Shown here: one piece after another, positions 9,074-18,636 of the stretch
How positions within the stretch are numbered: position 1 is the first letter of the stretch
Layout: each line of letters starts with the position of its first letter
Assembly: GCA_015058015.1 (NCBI GenBank)
Contig: SVDM01000004.1
Location: forward strand, 105,501 to 169,500
DNA length: 64,000 bases
Source: Lachnospiraceae bacterium
GTDB lineage: Bacteria > Bacillota > Clostridia > Lachnospirales > Lachnospiraceae
Direction of reading: 5' to 3'
The notes under the pieces: generated by a model
Seen by the model: only the letters and a program-made list of their open reading frames with translations
What the model was told of the DNA's origin: nothing
Databases searched by the model: none
Translations under genes and position numbers: made by a program

Positions 9074-12000
9074 ATGAAGAGACAATTGAAGAAAGGTCTG
9101 GCCCTATTGCTCACCCTGGCAATTGTGCTAACGTTTGGCGGTATATCCGGTTTAGTAAATGCTGCCATACCGGTGGGCTTCGACGAAGACTGGAGCGACC
9201 GATTTGAGGTCGTTGTTCGTGTTGGTTCGGGAACGGGAGATTTGCTTAAAGACGGCGATACCATTTCCTTAAAAGACACGTTGCATGTTGAAGGTACCAT
9301 CACACTCCCCCAAAAAGTAGCTGATGGTGCAATATTAGGTGGTTCTAATATTACCAACAACTATGCAGGAAAGAAATTCTATCTTGGAACAGTAACGGAT
9401 TTATTCAAATTAAATGGTTATAAGATTGAAATCTTTGATGAATCGGATACTGTTTGTTATGGCACGGCTACCATTGACAATGGTGCTATCTATTTTGAAT
9501 TTGACTCATCCACGGAACCGGGACATATCGCATGCGCCGAGTATGAGGATGAGATTCTGGGCAATATCGTATTCTCCTATGCGGCAGCATTCAGAGACGA
9601 TGTCAAAGACACCCTTAATGCAGAAACAGAGATTTGTTTTGCTGATAAGCCAAGCGGTAAATTTAGTGTTAAGATTGATGAGATACAGCCTAAGCCTGTT
9701 GAAGTTGAGAAGAACAATGTGACTTACAGCATTGAGAATAAAGAGGCTACCTGGAGCATTAAATTAACCAATAGGGGACAGGATAACGGTGGCGATGTAT
9801 TCTCGGTAACGGATATATATGACCCTGCTATTCCTCTTATTGAAGGAACCCTTACAGCTGACAAGGGAACCATAAGCGATGTAAACGTTGATACGGATAA
9901 TAATAAGTTTACCTTTACTTATACCGCTGACGCTGATTTTAACGGTAAGACTGCGGAGAATAAGACAAGGGTAATTACATATAAGACAAAGCTTAATATT
10001 AATACGGCAGCATATCTTGGACTTGAGGGAGAGAAGGCGCAGGTTATTACCAACTATGCGGACGTGAAGAATGTAACCAAAGGGGATGAATTCCCTAGAA
10101 AAGAAGCAACCATAGAAGTAAAGGGAGATCCTAAGGAGCTTATTACCAAGTCCGGTAACGGAGATGTAAGTATAGACGACGACGCTGATACAGCAACTGC
10201 TGGTTGGACTATTAATGTTAAGACCTTTAACATGTTTAGCAGGATGATGAATGCTCGCGTAGAAGACAAGCTTCAGAAACCTATTAAGTATGTACCGGGA
10301 ACCCTGGAGATTACAGTAGGTGGCAAGACTGTGAACTACGCAGAAGCAACCGGCGAAGATATCTCCTTCGGACCAAAGACAGGAGAGTCTTCGAATTATT
10401 CATTTGCAAGCATAGACCTTAAGAAGGTGGCTACCCTTGCAGGAGTAGATGCGGATGAGAGCAATGTAGACTTTACAATAAAGTATAAGACTGTATTGGA
10501 GAATTATACGAACTATGTTACAACCTTTAAAAATCAAAGTGTTGCACTTGGTAACAGTGCGAGATTTCTCTTTGATATAGAAGATTATCGCGGACCGGGA
10601 ACGGGAGTTGCTCCTGTGGCAACAGGCTGGGCTGATAAGACTCAGAAGTTTGTAAGAGCGGGTATCACAAAGGACGTAACGGCAAAGAGCATTGAAGAAG
10701 GGTCAGTTACCTGGAAGGTAGTTGTAGAACCCACCACATCAGGTAATATTTCCGTAGTTGACTTTCTTCCTGACGGAATGAAGTTTGATCCTGAAAGGGC
10801 TGAGCTTTCCGTTAAAAAGATTGCAGCAGGCGGCACCACGGAGCAGGATATTGAAAATGATGAGTATGTGGTAACCGCTAATGTGGCACCGGGGGCTTCC
10901 ACGTCTGACAAGTTTACCTTTAAGATTGTTAAAGACGGAGATGAAGCCAATCTTCTTACAGACAAAATAGTAATTCGCTTCAAGACATTCTGCACAGATC
11001 CTAACTTCTATGCCAAGAATGTGAAGGATAAGGCCTTTAACAATAACGTTACATTGTATTACGGTGATAAGGCCATGACAAGTGCAAGAGCTACGGCTAA
11101 ACTCACCAGTAACGTAATAAATAAGAAGGCTGTTACAGATACCAAGAAGGCGCCTAAGGGAATCAATTATTCTGAAAACCTTATTAACTGGTCAATTAAT
11201 GTTAATGAGAACGGAATGAAGATGGGCACCGATGCTAAGCCGGTGAAGGTAGTAGACTACATTCCCTGCGGAACAAAGCTTGATGAAGAAAGTCTTACAT
11301 ATACATTAAAGAAGTATAATAAGGCAAACGACCATTCTGCATCCACTAAGGTAAGCACTGCCAAGGCAGCGGATTTAAACTACACATATACTGAACCTAA
11401 GGGCAATACACCGGGAAAGTTGGAGATAGTACTTCCGAGCTTTACTGAGATGGGATATTGGGGAAACCTAACATATGCTACAAAGATTGATACCGATGAT
11501 TCCTTCTGGAGCAAGTGCTTTATGGAAGGAAAAGGTGCTGTAGAGATTAAGAATGAAGCAATATTGGAGAATGAGCATGAGGTTACCAAGGCACCGGCTG
11601 CTGAAGCCGGAGTTAAATATGAATACTCAACAGTTAAAAAGCTTGGTGAGATCATAGATTCCGAGACTTTGCAATATGGCATCGCTCTTAACAGTGCCAA
11701 GGTATTGTTGCCGAAGGGCACAGCTTTTAAGGATCAGATGTCTGCCGGTATGAACTACAAGCAGCGTGCTCTTGAACTATATGTGGCTGATGTAAATACC
11801 AAAGGCGAAGTTTATAAGCCAAAGGATGCCACCAAGCTTGAAAAGGGTAAGGATTATTCGGTAGACTTTAAGACTGATGAGTCAGGAAGCGAATATATGA
11901 TTATTACCTTCCTTCGGGATATCAAGGATGCCATCTACTTTGAATATACTGTAATGGTTCCCGACTCCAATGTTGCCGAAGAATACACCAACTCCATCTA

Positions 12001-12628
12001 TCAGGGAGAAAAGAAATTCGGCAACGAAGGAGAGGTTAGATTCGAGAGAAGTGCCATCCAGAAGGCTAAGGGAAGTTCAACGCGTGGAGCGGCCTACAGG
12101 GTTGAGCTTACCAAGACTGCTACAACTGACGAGAATGCCCTGCTTGAAGGTGCTGAGTACGGAATCTATTCTGACGAATCATGCACACAGCTTATTGAGA
12201 GCAACAAAACCAACGGATTCGGAAAGATTACCTTCTGGGATCTGGATCAGAATACAACCTACTATATTAAAGAACTGAAAGCTCCGGAAGGATACAAGTT
12301 AGATGAGAATGTACATCAGGTAAATACCTTAGCCAAGAAGACAGAAGCGGCAGTTACTGACGAAGAGGTTCTGGGGGAAGAATTCGGTAACCAAAAGAAA
12401 GACCCGGGATTGAATAATGGCGATAACGGGGAAACTCTCGGTGAGAATTCACAGGTTGTAAAAGAAGAACTTGTGTCTTCTTCAGAAAGCTCTACAGAAG
12501 AGGTTTTGAATCAGGAAATAGTTAAGGCCCAAACCGGGGACAAGAATAAGATAACAATCTTTATTATTCTTGGCTTAGCAAGTATATGTGTAATCGCAGG
12601 TTTCTTTTTCTTGACAAAGAAAAAATGA
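9074..12628 (+). CDS. Large cell-surface adhesin with repeated collagen-binding-type (Cna A-like) domains, one CnaB-type domain and a C-terminal wall-sorting-like signal
   Basis: ATG 9074 lies 5 nt after GGAGG; the track start at 9062 is a TTG inside the RBS. Signal peptide MKRQLKKGLALLLTLAIVLTFGG. Recurrent x-W-x-I-x-V/L-N modules (ATWSIKLTN, AGWTINVKT, VTWKVVVEP, INWSINVNE). CnaB-like segment LLEGAEYGIYSDESCTQL...TYYIKELKAPEGYKLD. The C-terminus is AQTGD, a hydrophobic helix, then KKK. Confidence 0.85.
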   Translation: MKRQLKKGLALLLTLAIVLTFGGISGLVNAAIPVGFDEDWSDRFEVVVRVGSGTGDLLKDGDTISLKDTLHVEGTITLPQKVADGAILGGSNITNNYAGKKFYLGTVTDLFKLNGYKIEIFDESDTVCYGTATIDNGAIYFEFDSSTEPGHIACAEYEDEILGNIVFSYAAAFRDDVKDTLNAETEICFADKPSGKFSVKIDEIQPKPVEVEKNNVTYSIENKEATWSIKLTNRGQDNGGDVFSVTDIYDPAIPLIEGTLTADKGTISDVNVDTDNNKFTFTYTADADFNGKTAENKTRVITYKTKLNINTAAYLGLEGEKAQVITNYADVKNVTKGDEFPRKEATIEVKGDPKELITKSGNGDVSIDDDADTATAGWTINVKTFNMFSRMMNARVEDKLQKPIKYVPGTLEITVGGKTVNYAEATGEDISFGPKTGESSNYSFASIDLKKVATLAGVDADESNVDFTIKYKTVLENYTNYVTTFKNQSVALGNSARFLFDIEDYRGPGTGVAPVATGWADKTQKFVRAGITKDVTAKSIEEGSVTWKVVVEPTTSGNISVVDFLPDGMKFDPERAELSVKKIAAGGTTEQDIENDEYVVTANVAPGASTSDKFTFKIVKDGDEANLLTDKIVIRFKTFCTDPNFYAKNVKDKAFNNNVTLYYGDKAMTSARATAKLTSNVINKKAVTDTKKAPKGINYSENLINWSINVNENGMKMGTDAKPVKVVDYIPCGTKLDEESLTYTLKKYNKANDHSASTKVSTAKAADLNYTYTEPKGNTPGKLEIVLPSFTEMGYWGNLTYATKIDTDDSFWSKCFMEGKGAVEIKNEAILENEHEVTKAPAAEAGVKYEYSTVKKLGEIIDSETLQYGIALNSAKVLLPKGTAFKDQMSAGMNYKQRALELYVADVNTKGEVYKPKDATKLEKGKDYSVDFKTDESGSEYMIITFLRDIKDAIYFEYTVMVPDSNVAEEYTNSIYQGEKKFGNEGEVRFERSAIQKAKGSSTRGAAYRVELTKTATTDENALLEGAEYGIYSDESCTQLIESNKTNGFGKITFWDLDQNTTYYIKELKAPEGYKLDENVHQVNTLAKKTEAAVTDEEVLGEEFGNQKKDPGLNNGDNGETLGENSQVVKEELVSSSESSTEEVLNQEIVKAQTGDKNKITIFIILGLASICVIAGFFFLTKKK

Positions 12629-12715
12629 TGTGATAAAAATGACACATTAGGTAATAATAGTAAAAAGTAATATTTCTTTTAAAATCAGTTGGATATTTTA
12701 TGAGTATAACTTTTG

Positions 12716-12748
12716 AAACAGACCGATACCTTAATCGGTCTGTTTTTT
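12716..12748 (+). terminator. Rho-independent terminator after adhesin 1
   Basis: acagaccgat / atcggtctgt stem followed by TTTTTT. Confidence 0.8.
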
Positions 12749-12813
12749 ATGCCTTTATAGAACTTAAGTATTATTTTTTTACAAAAAAAGTTGAATTTTT
12801 TTCCAAAAACCTA

Positions 12814-12842
12814 TTGCATGTAGGGTACTTTTTTGCTATTTT
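12814..12842 (+). promoter_or_regulatory. Candidate sigma-A promoter for adhesin 2
   Basis: TTGCAT, 17 nt spacer, TATTTT. Confidence 0.4.
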
Positions 12843-12888
12843 AAAGTTAGGGTTTTGATATTTTGCGGACAACTATTTATGGGAGGTT

Positions 12889-15800
12889 ATGATGCAAGGA
12901 AAATTTAAAAAATTGAAGAAAGGTCTTGCTGCACTGCTTTCATTAGCAATGGTACTTGGTTTCAGCGGTTTGTCCGGGACTGCAAACGCTGCTAAACCTG
13001 ACGGCTATGACGAGGACTGGAGTGATCGATATGAGGTTGAGATCAGACAGGGCTCAAGCACCGGTAAGGTATTGGATCCGGGTGATGTGGTTGATGTAGA
13101 AGAGGATTTCTACGTAACCGGAACAATTAAGTTTCCTACAGTTACTACAGACCCCAATGCTGTAATGGGTGGTAGCAACATCGCTAATAATTATGCGGGC
13201 AAGAAATGTTACGTGGCAACTATCAGTAACAATCTTATCTTTGAAGATTATCAGGTAAAGGTTACTGACAGAACAGAGACGGTAAGCTATGGAACTATTT
13301 CTATCTCCAAGGCAACAGGAATAATTAGTTTTACCTTTGACCCCAGCACAGAAGAGGGTCATATCGGTAATTCCGCTTATGAAGGTGAGCTGGTTAAGGA
13401 TATTGTCTTTACTTATAAGGCAAAGCTTAACAAGGCTACCATTAAGATTGATGCCCCGGAGTTGGATGTTACTTTCCATGACTATCCGTTTGATACTTTT
13501 AAACTTAAATTTGTAGATGATAAGCCACATCCTGTTGAAGTATCCAAGAAGAATGTTACTTTCAGCGAAGAGGATGGCACAGCTACATGGGCAATTACTT
13601 TAACCAACAAAGGACAACAAAATGGCAATAATGTATTCACTGTAACGGATACATTTGATAAGGAAATACCCCCTCTTGACGGAGCAAATTCTTTCTCGGT
13701 TGATAAGGGTTCTATTTCTGATGTCGTAATTGATGAGGCAAACCATAAGTTTACTCTTAAATATACGGCAGATGCTGATTTTAATGTCGAAAATGAAACC
13801 AGAACAATCACTTATAAATCCAAATTGTATGTACATGATAAGTGCAAGATCGGTTATGAAACACAGAAGACCAATAATACGGTGGATATTGTTAACGAGA
13901 CCACCAAGGATGTGTTGAATAAGGATACGGCAACAATTACGATTTCACATACAAAGGAGAAGATGATTGCTAAGACAGGGGGTACTGTCAAATTCGGAGT
14001 TGATCCCGAAACGGGAAAAACTACAGCAACTTCTGACTGGACAATTACAGCTCATACCAGAGGAATCTACAATCATATGACAGAGCTGTGGATTGAGGAC
14101 AAGCTTAGTCATTCAGACAGTAAGCAGAGACTTGAATACGTGGAAGGCAGCCTCAAGATAACAATCACAGCTGACGGTGTTACTTACAATACCGTTAATT
14201 ATGATAGTGCCGGCTCAGGTAGAAAGGTTTCTTTTGAAACCAGAAACGATAGTTCAAATAAAGAAGCATACATGCAGACAACAGATGCAAACGGAAATGT
14301 TTACAGACCTGTTGTAAAGTATGACTCAAAGAATAATGCTACATATGACAAATATGGCAAGCAGTACTACGGCGGACTTGACCTGATGTATGTAGGTGAG
14401 TTGGCGGGCGTTCCCAAGACTGCTAAGTATGTGGATTTTGTAATCAAGTATGAGACTGTCATGAAGGATTATGACAAGTATCTTACAGATTATAAGCCCA
14501 GTACCGAGAAGTATAGAAATTCTGCGGAGTTACTCTTTGAGATAGAGGATTACAATGGTCCCGGTACAGGAAAGACAGAAGAAGTTGATGCTTGGGTTGA
14601 TTTCGATCAAAGTTTCATTAAGGCCGGAATCAAGAAGACCACTGTAACAGCCAGTCCGGAGGACGGTTATGTAAGATGGGCATTCACGCTAGATCCTACA
14701 ACACAAGGTAACGTTACGGTTGCGGATATCCTTCCGGAAGGTCTTGATTTTATACCGGATAAAGCAAATATCGTTATTAAAAAGGTTGTTAAGAAAACCA
14801 ACAGTGCAGGGAAAGAATATGATTCTGAAGCAAATGTAACCGGTTATACTGTTACACCTAATGTTAATGCAACTGTATCCGGTAACGGAAAGGATGTATC
14901 TGTAACATTCGATATTGTAAAAGGCGATGATAAGACCCAAAAAATTACAGATAAGATAAAGGTATATTATTATACATATCTTAATAATCCTGTACATTAT
15001 AATGACAATAACAGTCATAACTATATTAATACCGCTATCTTGAAGTATGATAATGCAGAGATGGCAAGAGCAAAAGCTCAGGCTACCATTAAGAGCCAGG
15101 TTATTAACAAAAAGGGAATCCATGATACAGCTAACGGAGCTATCAATTGGACCATTGATGTTAACCAGAACAAGGTGAAGATGGGAACTGCAGATGCACC
15201 GGTATATATTGTTGATTATCTTCCTTTGGGTACAGATATCGACTTTAGTACTTTGAAATATGAGTTATGCCATACTGATCCCAATAAGAAAGAAGTAGTG
15301 GACAGCTCTACTATCATTACCAAGACATCCGGCAACCCCGGAACAGATTTGTATTACAATTATGATCCTTCAATCACAGCAGAGGATAAGGATTCCAAGG
15401 GTAATATAACTGCAGAGTACAAGGGTAAGCTTACGGTTTATCTTCCCAATTTCGAAAAGGGATACTACGGTCGCATTACCTATGCAACCAAGATTGATAC
15501 AAGTTCAGATCATTGGAAATGGGATGCCATCTCTTATGATGCTAAGACCGGTAAGTTTAAATCTACAGGAGTAAAAGCTACCAATAAGGCTGAATTCCAT
15601 AATGATGTTATTGTTACGCCGGCACCTACTGTTACATCAACTGTAGAGTTTACCTTCAGAGAAGTTAAGAAGATTGGTAAGATTGTTGATAAGGATATTG
15701 TAGAATACAATATCAACCTTAACTCTGAAAAGAGAACATTGCCTAAGGGAACTGCATACAAGGATCAGATGACCTTCGGTATGAATTACCAGCAGCATAC

Positions 15801-16866
15801 ATTGGATCTCTTTGTCGGTGCTGTTAATGACAAGGGCGAAGTATACCTGCCGGAGAATGCCAAGAAGCTTGAACTCGGGACTGATTACACTACTGAGTTT
15901 GCTACCGACAAAGACAGTAACGGTAAAGACTGTGAGTACATGATATTAAAACTCCAGCATGATATTACCGAAGCTATAGTTGTCAGGTATTATGTAAGAA
16001 TTCCGGATAAGAGCGCTGCAGAATCTTTCTCTAACACCATCTATATGGGTGAAACCAAGTTTGGTGAAGACAGTGAGGAGACATTTACATCTCACGAGAT
16101 TGAGAATGCCAGAGCTTACGCTGATATTCAAACCAGTTACAGAGCACACCTCATTAAGGTGGACGCTGACGATGACAGCCTTCCCGTTGAAGGTGCCGAG
16201 TATGGAATATTCAAAGATGAAGACTGCACACAGCTTGTTGAAAAGAAACTGACTGACAAGTATGGTAATATCACTTTCTGGGATCTTGAGTTAACGGCTA
16301 CATATTATGTTAAGGAGTTAGCTGCTCCCGAAGGATATGAGCTTGATCCGGAAGTACACGAAGTTGTAATTAAGGATAAGGTTAACGAAGTAAGAGTTAC
16401 TGACAAGAAGATTCCTAATACGTTATACAGCGTGGTATTAACCAAAGTATCGGAAAGCGATGAGAATCTCTTCCTTGAAGGAGCAATATTCGGTATCTAC
16501 AGTGATGAAGCTTGTACGCAGCTTATTGCAACTCGTACAACGGGTGAAGACGGTAAGCTTACATTTGACAGCTTAGAGTATGAGACGACATACTACATTC
16601 AGGAGATTGAAGCTCCTCTTGGGTATATCTTAGATACCACAGTAATTCCTGTAACAATCGAGCAGGAAGTTACTGAAATCACAGTAACCAATGAAGAAGA
16701 AGACGTTCTCGGTGAAGAATTTGAGAATGACGAAGAAGTTCTTGGCGAAGAGTTTGTTGCAACAGGCGACAAGGGACAGCTTGGATTGTTCCTCTTACTT
16801 GGAACCATAAGCTTAATGGTTATTACCGGATACGCTTTCTTCTCTAAGAAAAGAGTTTCTAAGTAA
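12889..16866 (+). CDS. Large cell-surface adhesin, paralogue of 9074-12628, with two CnaB-type repeats and a C-terminal wall-sorting-like signal
   Basis: Collinear with adhesin 1: DEDWSDRYEV vs DEDWSDRFEV, GGSNIANNYAGKK vs GGSNITNNYAGKK, EDYNGPGTG vs EDYRGPGTG, LPKGTAYKDQM vs LPKGTAFKDQM. Two CnaB-like repeats (VEGAEYGIFKDEDCTQL..., LEGAIFGIYSDEACTQL...). The C-terminus is VATGD, a hydrophobic helix, then KKRVSK. Confidence 0.85.
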   Translation: MMQGKFKKLKKGLAALLSLAMVLGFSGLSGTANAAKPDGYDEDWSDRYEVEIRQGSSTGKVLDPGDVVDVEEDFYVTGTIKFPTVTTDPNAVMGGSNIANNYAGKKCYVATISNNLIFEDYQVKVTDRTETVSYGTISISKATGIISFTFDPSTEEGHIGNSAYEGELVKDIVFTYKAKLNKATIKIDAPELDVTFHDYPFDTFKLKFVDDKPHPVEVSKKNVTFSEEDGTATWAITLTNKGQQNGNNVFTVTDTFDKEIPPLDGANSFSVDKGSISDVVIDEANHKFTLKYTADADFNVENETRTITYKSKLYVHDKCKIGYETQKTNNTVDIVNETTKDVLNKDTATITISHTKEKMIAKTGGTVKFGVDPETGKTTATSDWTITAHTRGIYNHMTELWIEDKLSHSDSKQRLEYVEGSLKITITADGVTYNTVNYDSAGSGRKVSFETRNDSSNKEAYMQTTDANGNVYRPVVKYDSKNNATYDKYGKQYYGGLDLMYVGELAGVPKTAKYVDFVIKYETVMKDYDKYLTDYKPSTEKYRNSAELLFEIEDYNGPGTGKTEEVDAWVDFDQSFIKAGIKKTTVTASPEDGYVRWAFTLDPTTQGNVTVADILPEGLDFIPDKANIVIKKVVKKTNSAGKEYDSEANVTGYTVTPNVNATVSGNGKDVSVTFDIVKGDDKTQKITDKIKVYYYTYLNNPVHYNDNNSHNYINTAILKYDNAEMARAKAQATIKSQVINKKGIHDTANGAINWTIDVNQNKVKMGTADAPVYIVDYLPLGTDIDFSTLKYELCHTDPNKKEVVDSSTIITKTSGNPGTDLYYNYDPSITAEDKDSKGNITAEYKGKLTVYLPNFEKGYYGRITYATKIDTSSDHWKWDAISYDAKTGKFKSTGVKATNKAEFHNDVIVTPAPTVTSTVEFTFREVKKIGKIVDKDIVEYNINLNSEKRTLPKGTAYKDQMTFGMNYQQHTLDLFVGAVNDKGEVYLPENAKKLELGTDYTTEFATDKDSNGKDCEYMILKLQHDITEAIVVRYYVRIPDKSAAESFSNTIYMGETKFGEDSEETFTSHEIENARAYADIQTSYRAHLIKVDADDDSLPVEGAEYGIFKDEDCTQLVEKKLTDKYGNITFWDLELTATYYVKELAAPEGYELDPEVHEVVIKDKVNEVRVTDKKIPNTLYSVVLTKVSESDENLFLEGAIFGIYSDEACTQLIATRTTGEDGKLTFDSLEYETTYYIQEIEAPLGYILDTTVIPVTIEQEVTEITVTNEEEDVLGEEFENDEEVLGEEFVATGDKGQLGLFLLLGTISLMVITGYAFFSKKRVSK

Positions 16867-16881
16867 AATTTTATAAACATT

Positions 16882-16913
16882 AAACGAGCAGGCATTTGGC
16901 CTGCTCGTTTTTT
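16882..16913. terminator. Bidirectional rho-independent terminator between convergent genes
   Basis: acgagcaggc-atttg-gcctgctcgt hairpin flanked by AAA on the left and TTTTT on the right. Confidence 0.85.
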
Positions 16914-16926
16914 AAATGCTGTAAAA

Positions 16927-17148
16927 CTAATCTACATTAAATTCGTAAACTACTTCAAATCCCCCGCGCTCAAATCTTATTATATAAGATCCGTCATCGT
17001 TTTTCGTAACATCAAGGTCTGCATTAGGCTCTTCAGCTTTAACGAAAGCTACGGGATCGTCGGTCTCGATGGTTCTTATGTCGGCCTTTGATCCTGATTT
17101 GCCGCCGCAAGTGGGTTGCTTTTCATCAATGATTAATTCATACCTCAT
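16927..17148 (-). CDS. Hypothetical small protein (73 aa)
   Basis: ggagg RBS upstream on the - strand (cctcc at 17157-17161). No domain recognised. Distant resemblance to the 78-aa ORF at 38036-38272. Confidence 0.5.
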   Translation of the reverse strand: MRYELIIDEKQPTCGGKSGSKADIRTIETDDPVAFVKAEEPNADLDVTKNDDGSYIIRFERGGFEVVYEFNVD

Positions 17149-17237
17149 AAAACTACCTCCTCTGTGTACTTTTTGTACAAGACCATTTTAGCACCGAAAT
17201 AGTCTGAAATCAATATTGCGAATGTGAAATTTTCCAT

Positions 17238-17265
17238 TTATTGTTAGCGGACAACATGTTATAAT
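17238..17265 (+). promoter_or_regulatory. Candidate extended -10 promoter for the aldo/keto reductase gene
   Basis: TTATTG, 16 nt spacer, then TGtTATAAT (TATAAT at 17260-17265). Confidence 0.35.
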
Positions 17266-17298
17266 AGACGCGAGAATGTATATTGAAAGGGGATTATT

Positions 17299-18450
17299 AT
17301 GTATTACAACGATTTTCAGGGATTAAAACTATCTGCCCTTGGAATGGGCAACATGAGATTGCCGGTTATGGAGGGCAATGACAGTAAGATTGACAAGGCA
17401 AAGACCAAGGAGATGCTGGACTTTTGCTTTGATGCGGGAATCAATTATTTCGATACGGCTTACGGATATCATGCAGGTAATTCGGAGCTTGTAGTAGGAG
17501 AGATATTAGAAGGACACGACAGAAACACTTTCTATCTGGCATCAAAGTTTCCCGGATATGATTCAAGCAATATGTCAAAGGTTAAGGAAATATTTGAAGA
17601 ACAGCTTAAAAAATGCCGGGTTGACTATTTCGATTTTTATCTCTTCCACAACGTGTGCGAAGCCAATATTGACGGCTACTTAGACCCCAAATTCGGAATA
17701 TTTGATTATCTGATGGAACAAAAGAAGAAAGGACGCATTAAGCACTTAGGCTTTTCTACCCACGGAAGCCATGATACCATTAAGCGCTTCCTGGATGCTT
17801 ACGGCAAGGACATGGAGTTTTGCCAGATTGAGCTAAACTATTATGACTGGACCTTCCAGGATGCCAAAGGCACTGTGGAGATGCTTGATAAATGGAATAT
17901 TCCCGTTTGGGTTATGGAACCGGTAAGGGGCGGCCAGCTTGCTACATTACCGGAAGAAGCCGCGGCTAAGCTTAAAGCTGCAAGGCCAAATGAGGATGTC
18001 CCGGCCTGGGCATTCAGGTTCCTTCAGGGAATTAAGAGCGTAACCATGATTTTATCCGGAATGTCCAATATGGACCAGCTTAAAGCAAATGTGGCCACCT
18101 TTGATGAGAGAAAGCCCCTTAACAAGGAGGAGGAAGAGCTTATCTTAGGTATTGCTGAGGACATGATTAAAAAGACTACGGTTCACTGTACCGCTTGTCA
18201 TTATTGTGTATCAAAATGCCCCCAGGAGCTTGATATTCCTCACCTCTTGAAGCTTTATAATGAGGCTATGGTTGAAGGATCCGGTAATTTCATCTCAGCA
18301 ATGGGAATATCAGTTTTACCGGAGGATAAGAGACCGGACAAATGCGTAGCTTGCGAGTCCTGTATGGAGGTTTGCCCCCAGAATATTGAGATTCCCAAGC
18401 ACCTGGCCGATTTTGCAGAGAAATTACAGCATAATCCCATGGCAGGATAA
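17299..18450 (+). CDS. Aldo/keto reductase fused to a C-terminal 2x[4Fe-4S] ferredoxin-like domain
   Basis: 383 aa. The AKR core carries GMGNMRLP, INYFDTAYGYH and GFSTHG. The C-terminus has two CxxCxxCxxxCP motifs (CTACHYCVSKCP, CVACESCMEVCP). Confidence 0.85.
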   Translation: MYYNDFQGLKLSALGMGNMRLPVMEGNDSKIDKAKTKEMLDFCFDAGINYFDTAYGYHAGNSELVVGEILEGHDRNTFYLASKFPGYDSSNMSKVKEIFEEQLKKCRVDYFDFYLFHNVCEANIDGYLDPKFGIFDYLMEQKKKGRIKHLGFSTHGSHDTIKRFLDAYGKDMEFCQIELNYYDWTFQDAKGTVEMLDKWNIPVWVMEPVRGGQLATLPEEAAAKLKAARPNEDVPAWAFRFLQGIKSVTMILSGMSNMDQLKANVATFDERKPLNKEEEELILGIAEDMIKKTTVHCTACHYCVSKCPQELDIPHLLKLYNEAMVEGSGNFISAMGISVLPEDKRPDKCVACESCMEVCPQNIEIPKHLADFAEKLQHNPMAG

Positions 18451-18478
18451 GACTATGAACCGGAAAAAATTTGAAGTT

Positions 18479-18512
18479 GGGGAGGTCGCCTAAAGGGCGG
18501 CCTCCATTTTTT
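18479..18512 (+). terminator. Rho-independent terminator after the aldo/keto reductase gene
   Basis: ggaggtcgcc-taaa-gggcggcctcc hairpin followed by ATTTTTT. Confidence 0.75.
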
Positions 18513-18636
18513 GTCTAAAAAAGATACGTAAAAATTAACAAAAAAACCCCCTTCACGAGGGAGAACTTGTTCAAAAGATAGTAATTGCATTTTCAAGGGA
18601 TAAAGGATTAGACAGGGGTAGTTTAATATGTTTAAA

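Noticed and set aside
13054-15123. Several 100-160 aa antisense ORFs inside adhesin 2 (13054-13530, 13482-13811, 14689-15123).
   Set aside because: These are shadow frames of a long AT-rich, repeat-containing coding region. Their products are Ile/Cys/Asn-rich with no RBS. The sense frame has clear domain content.
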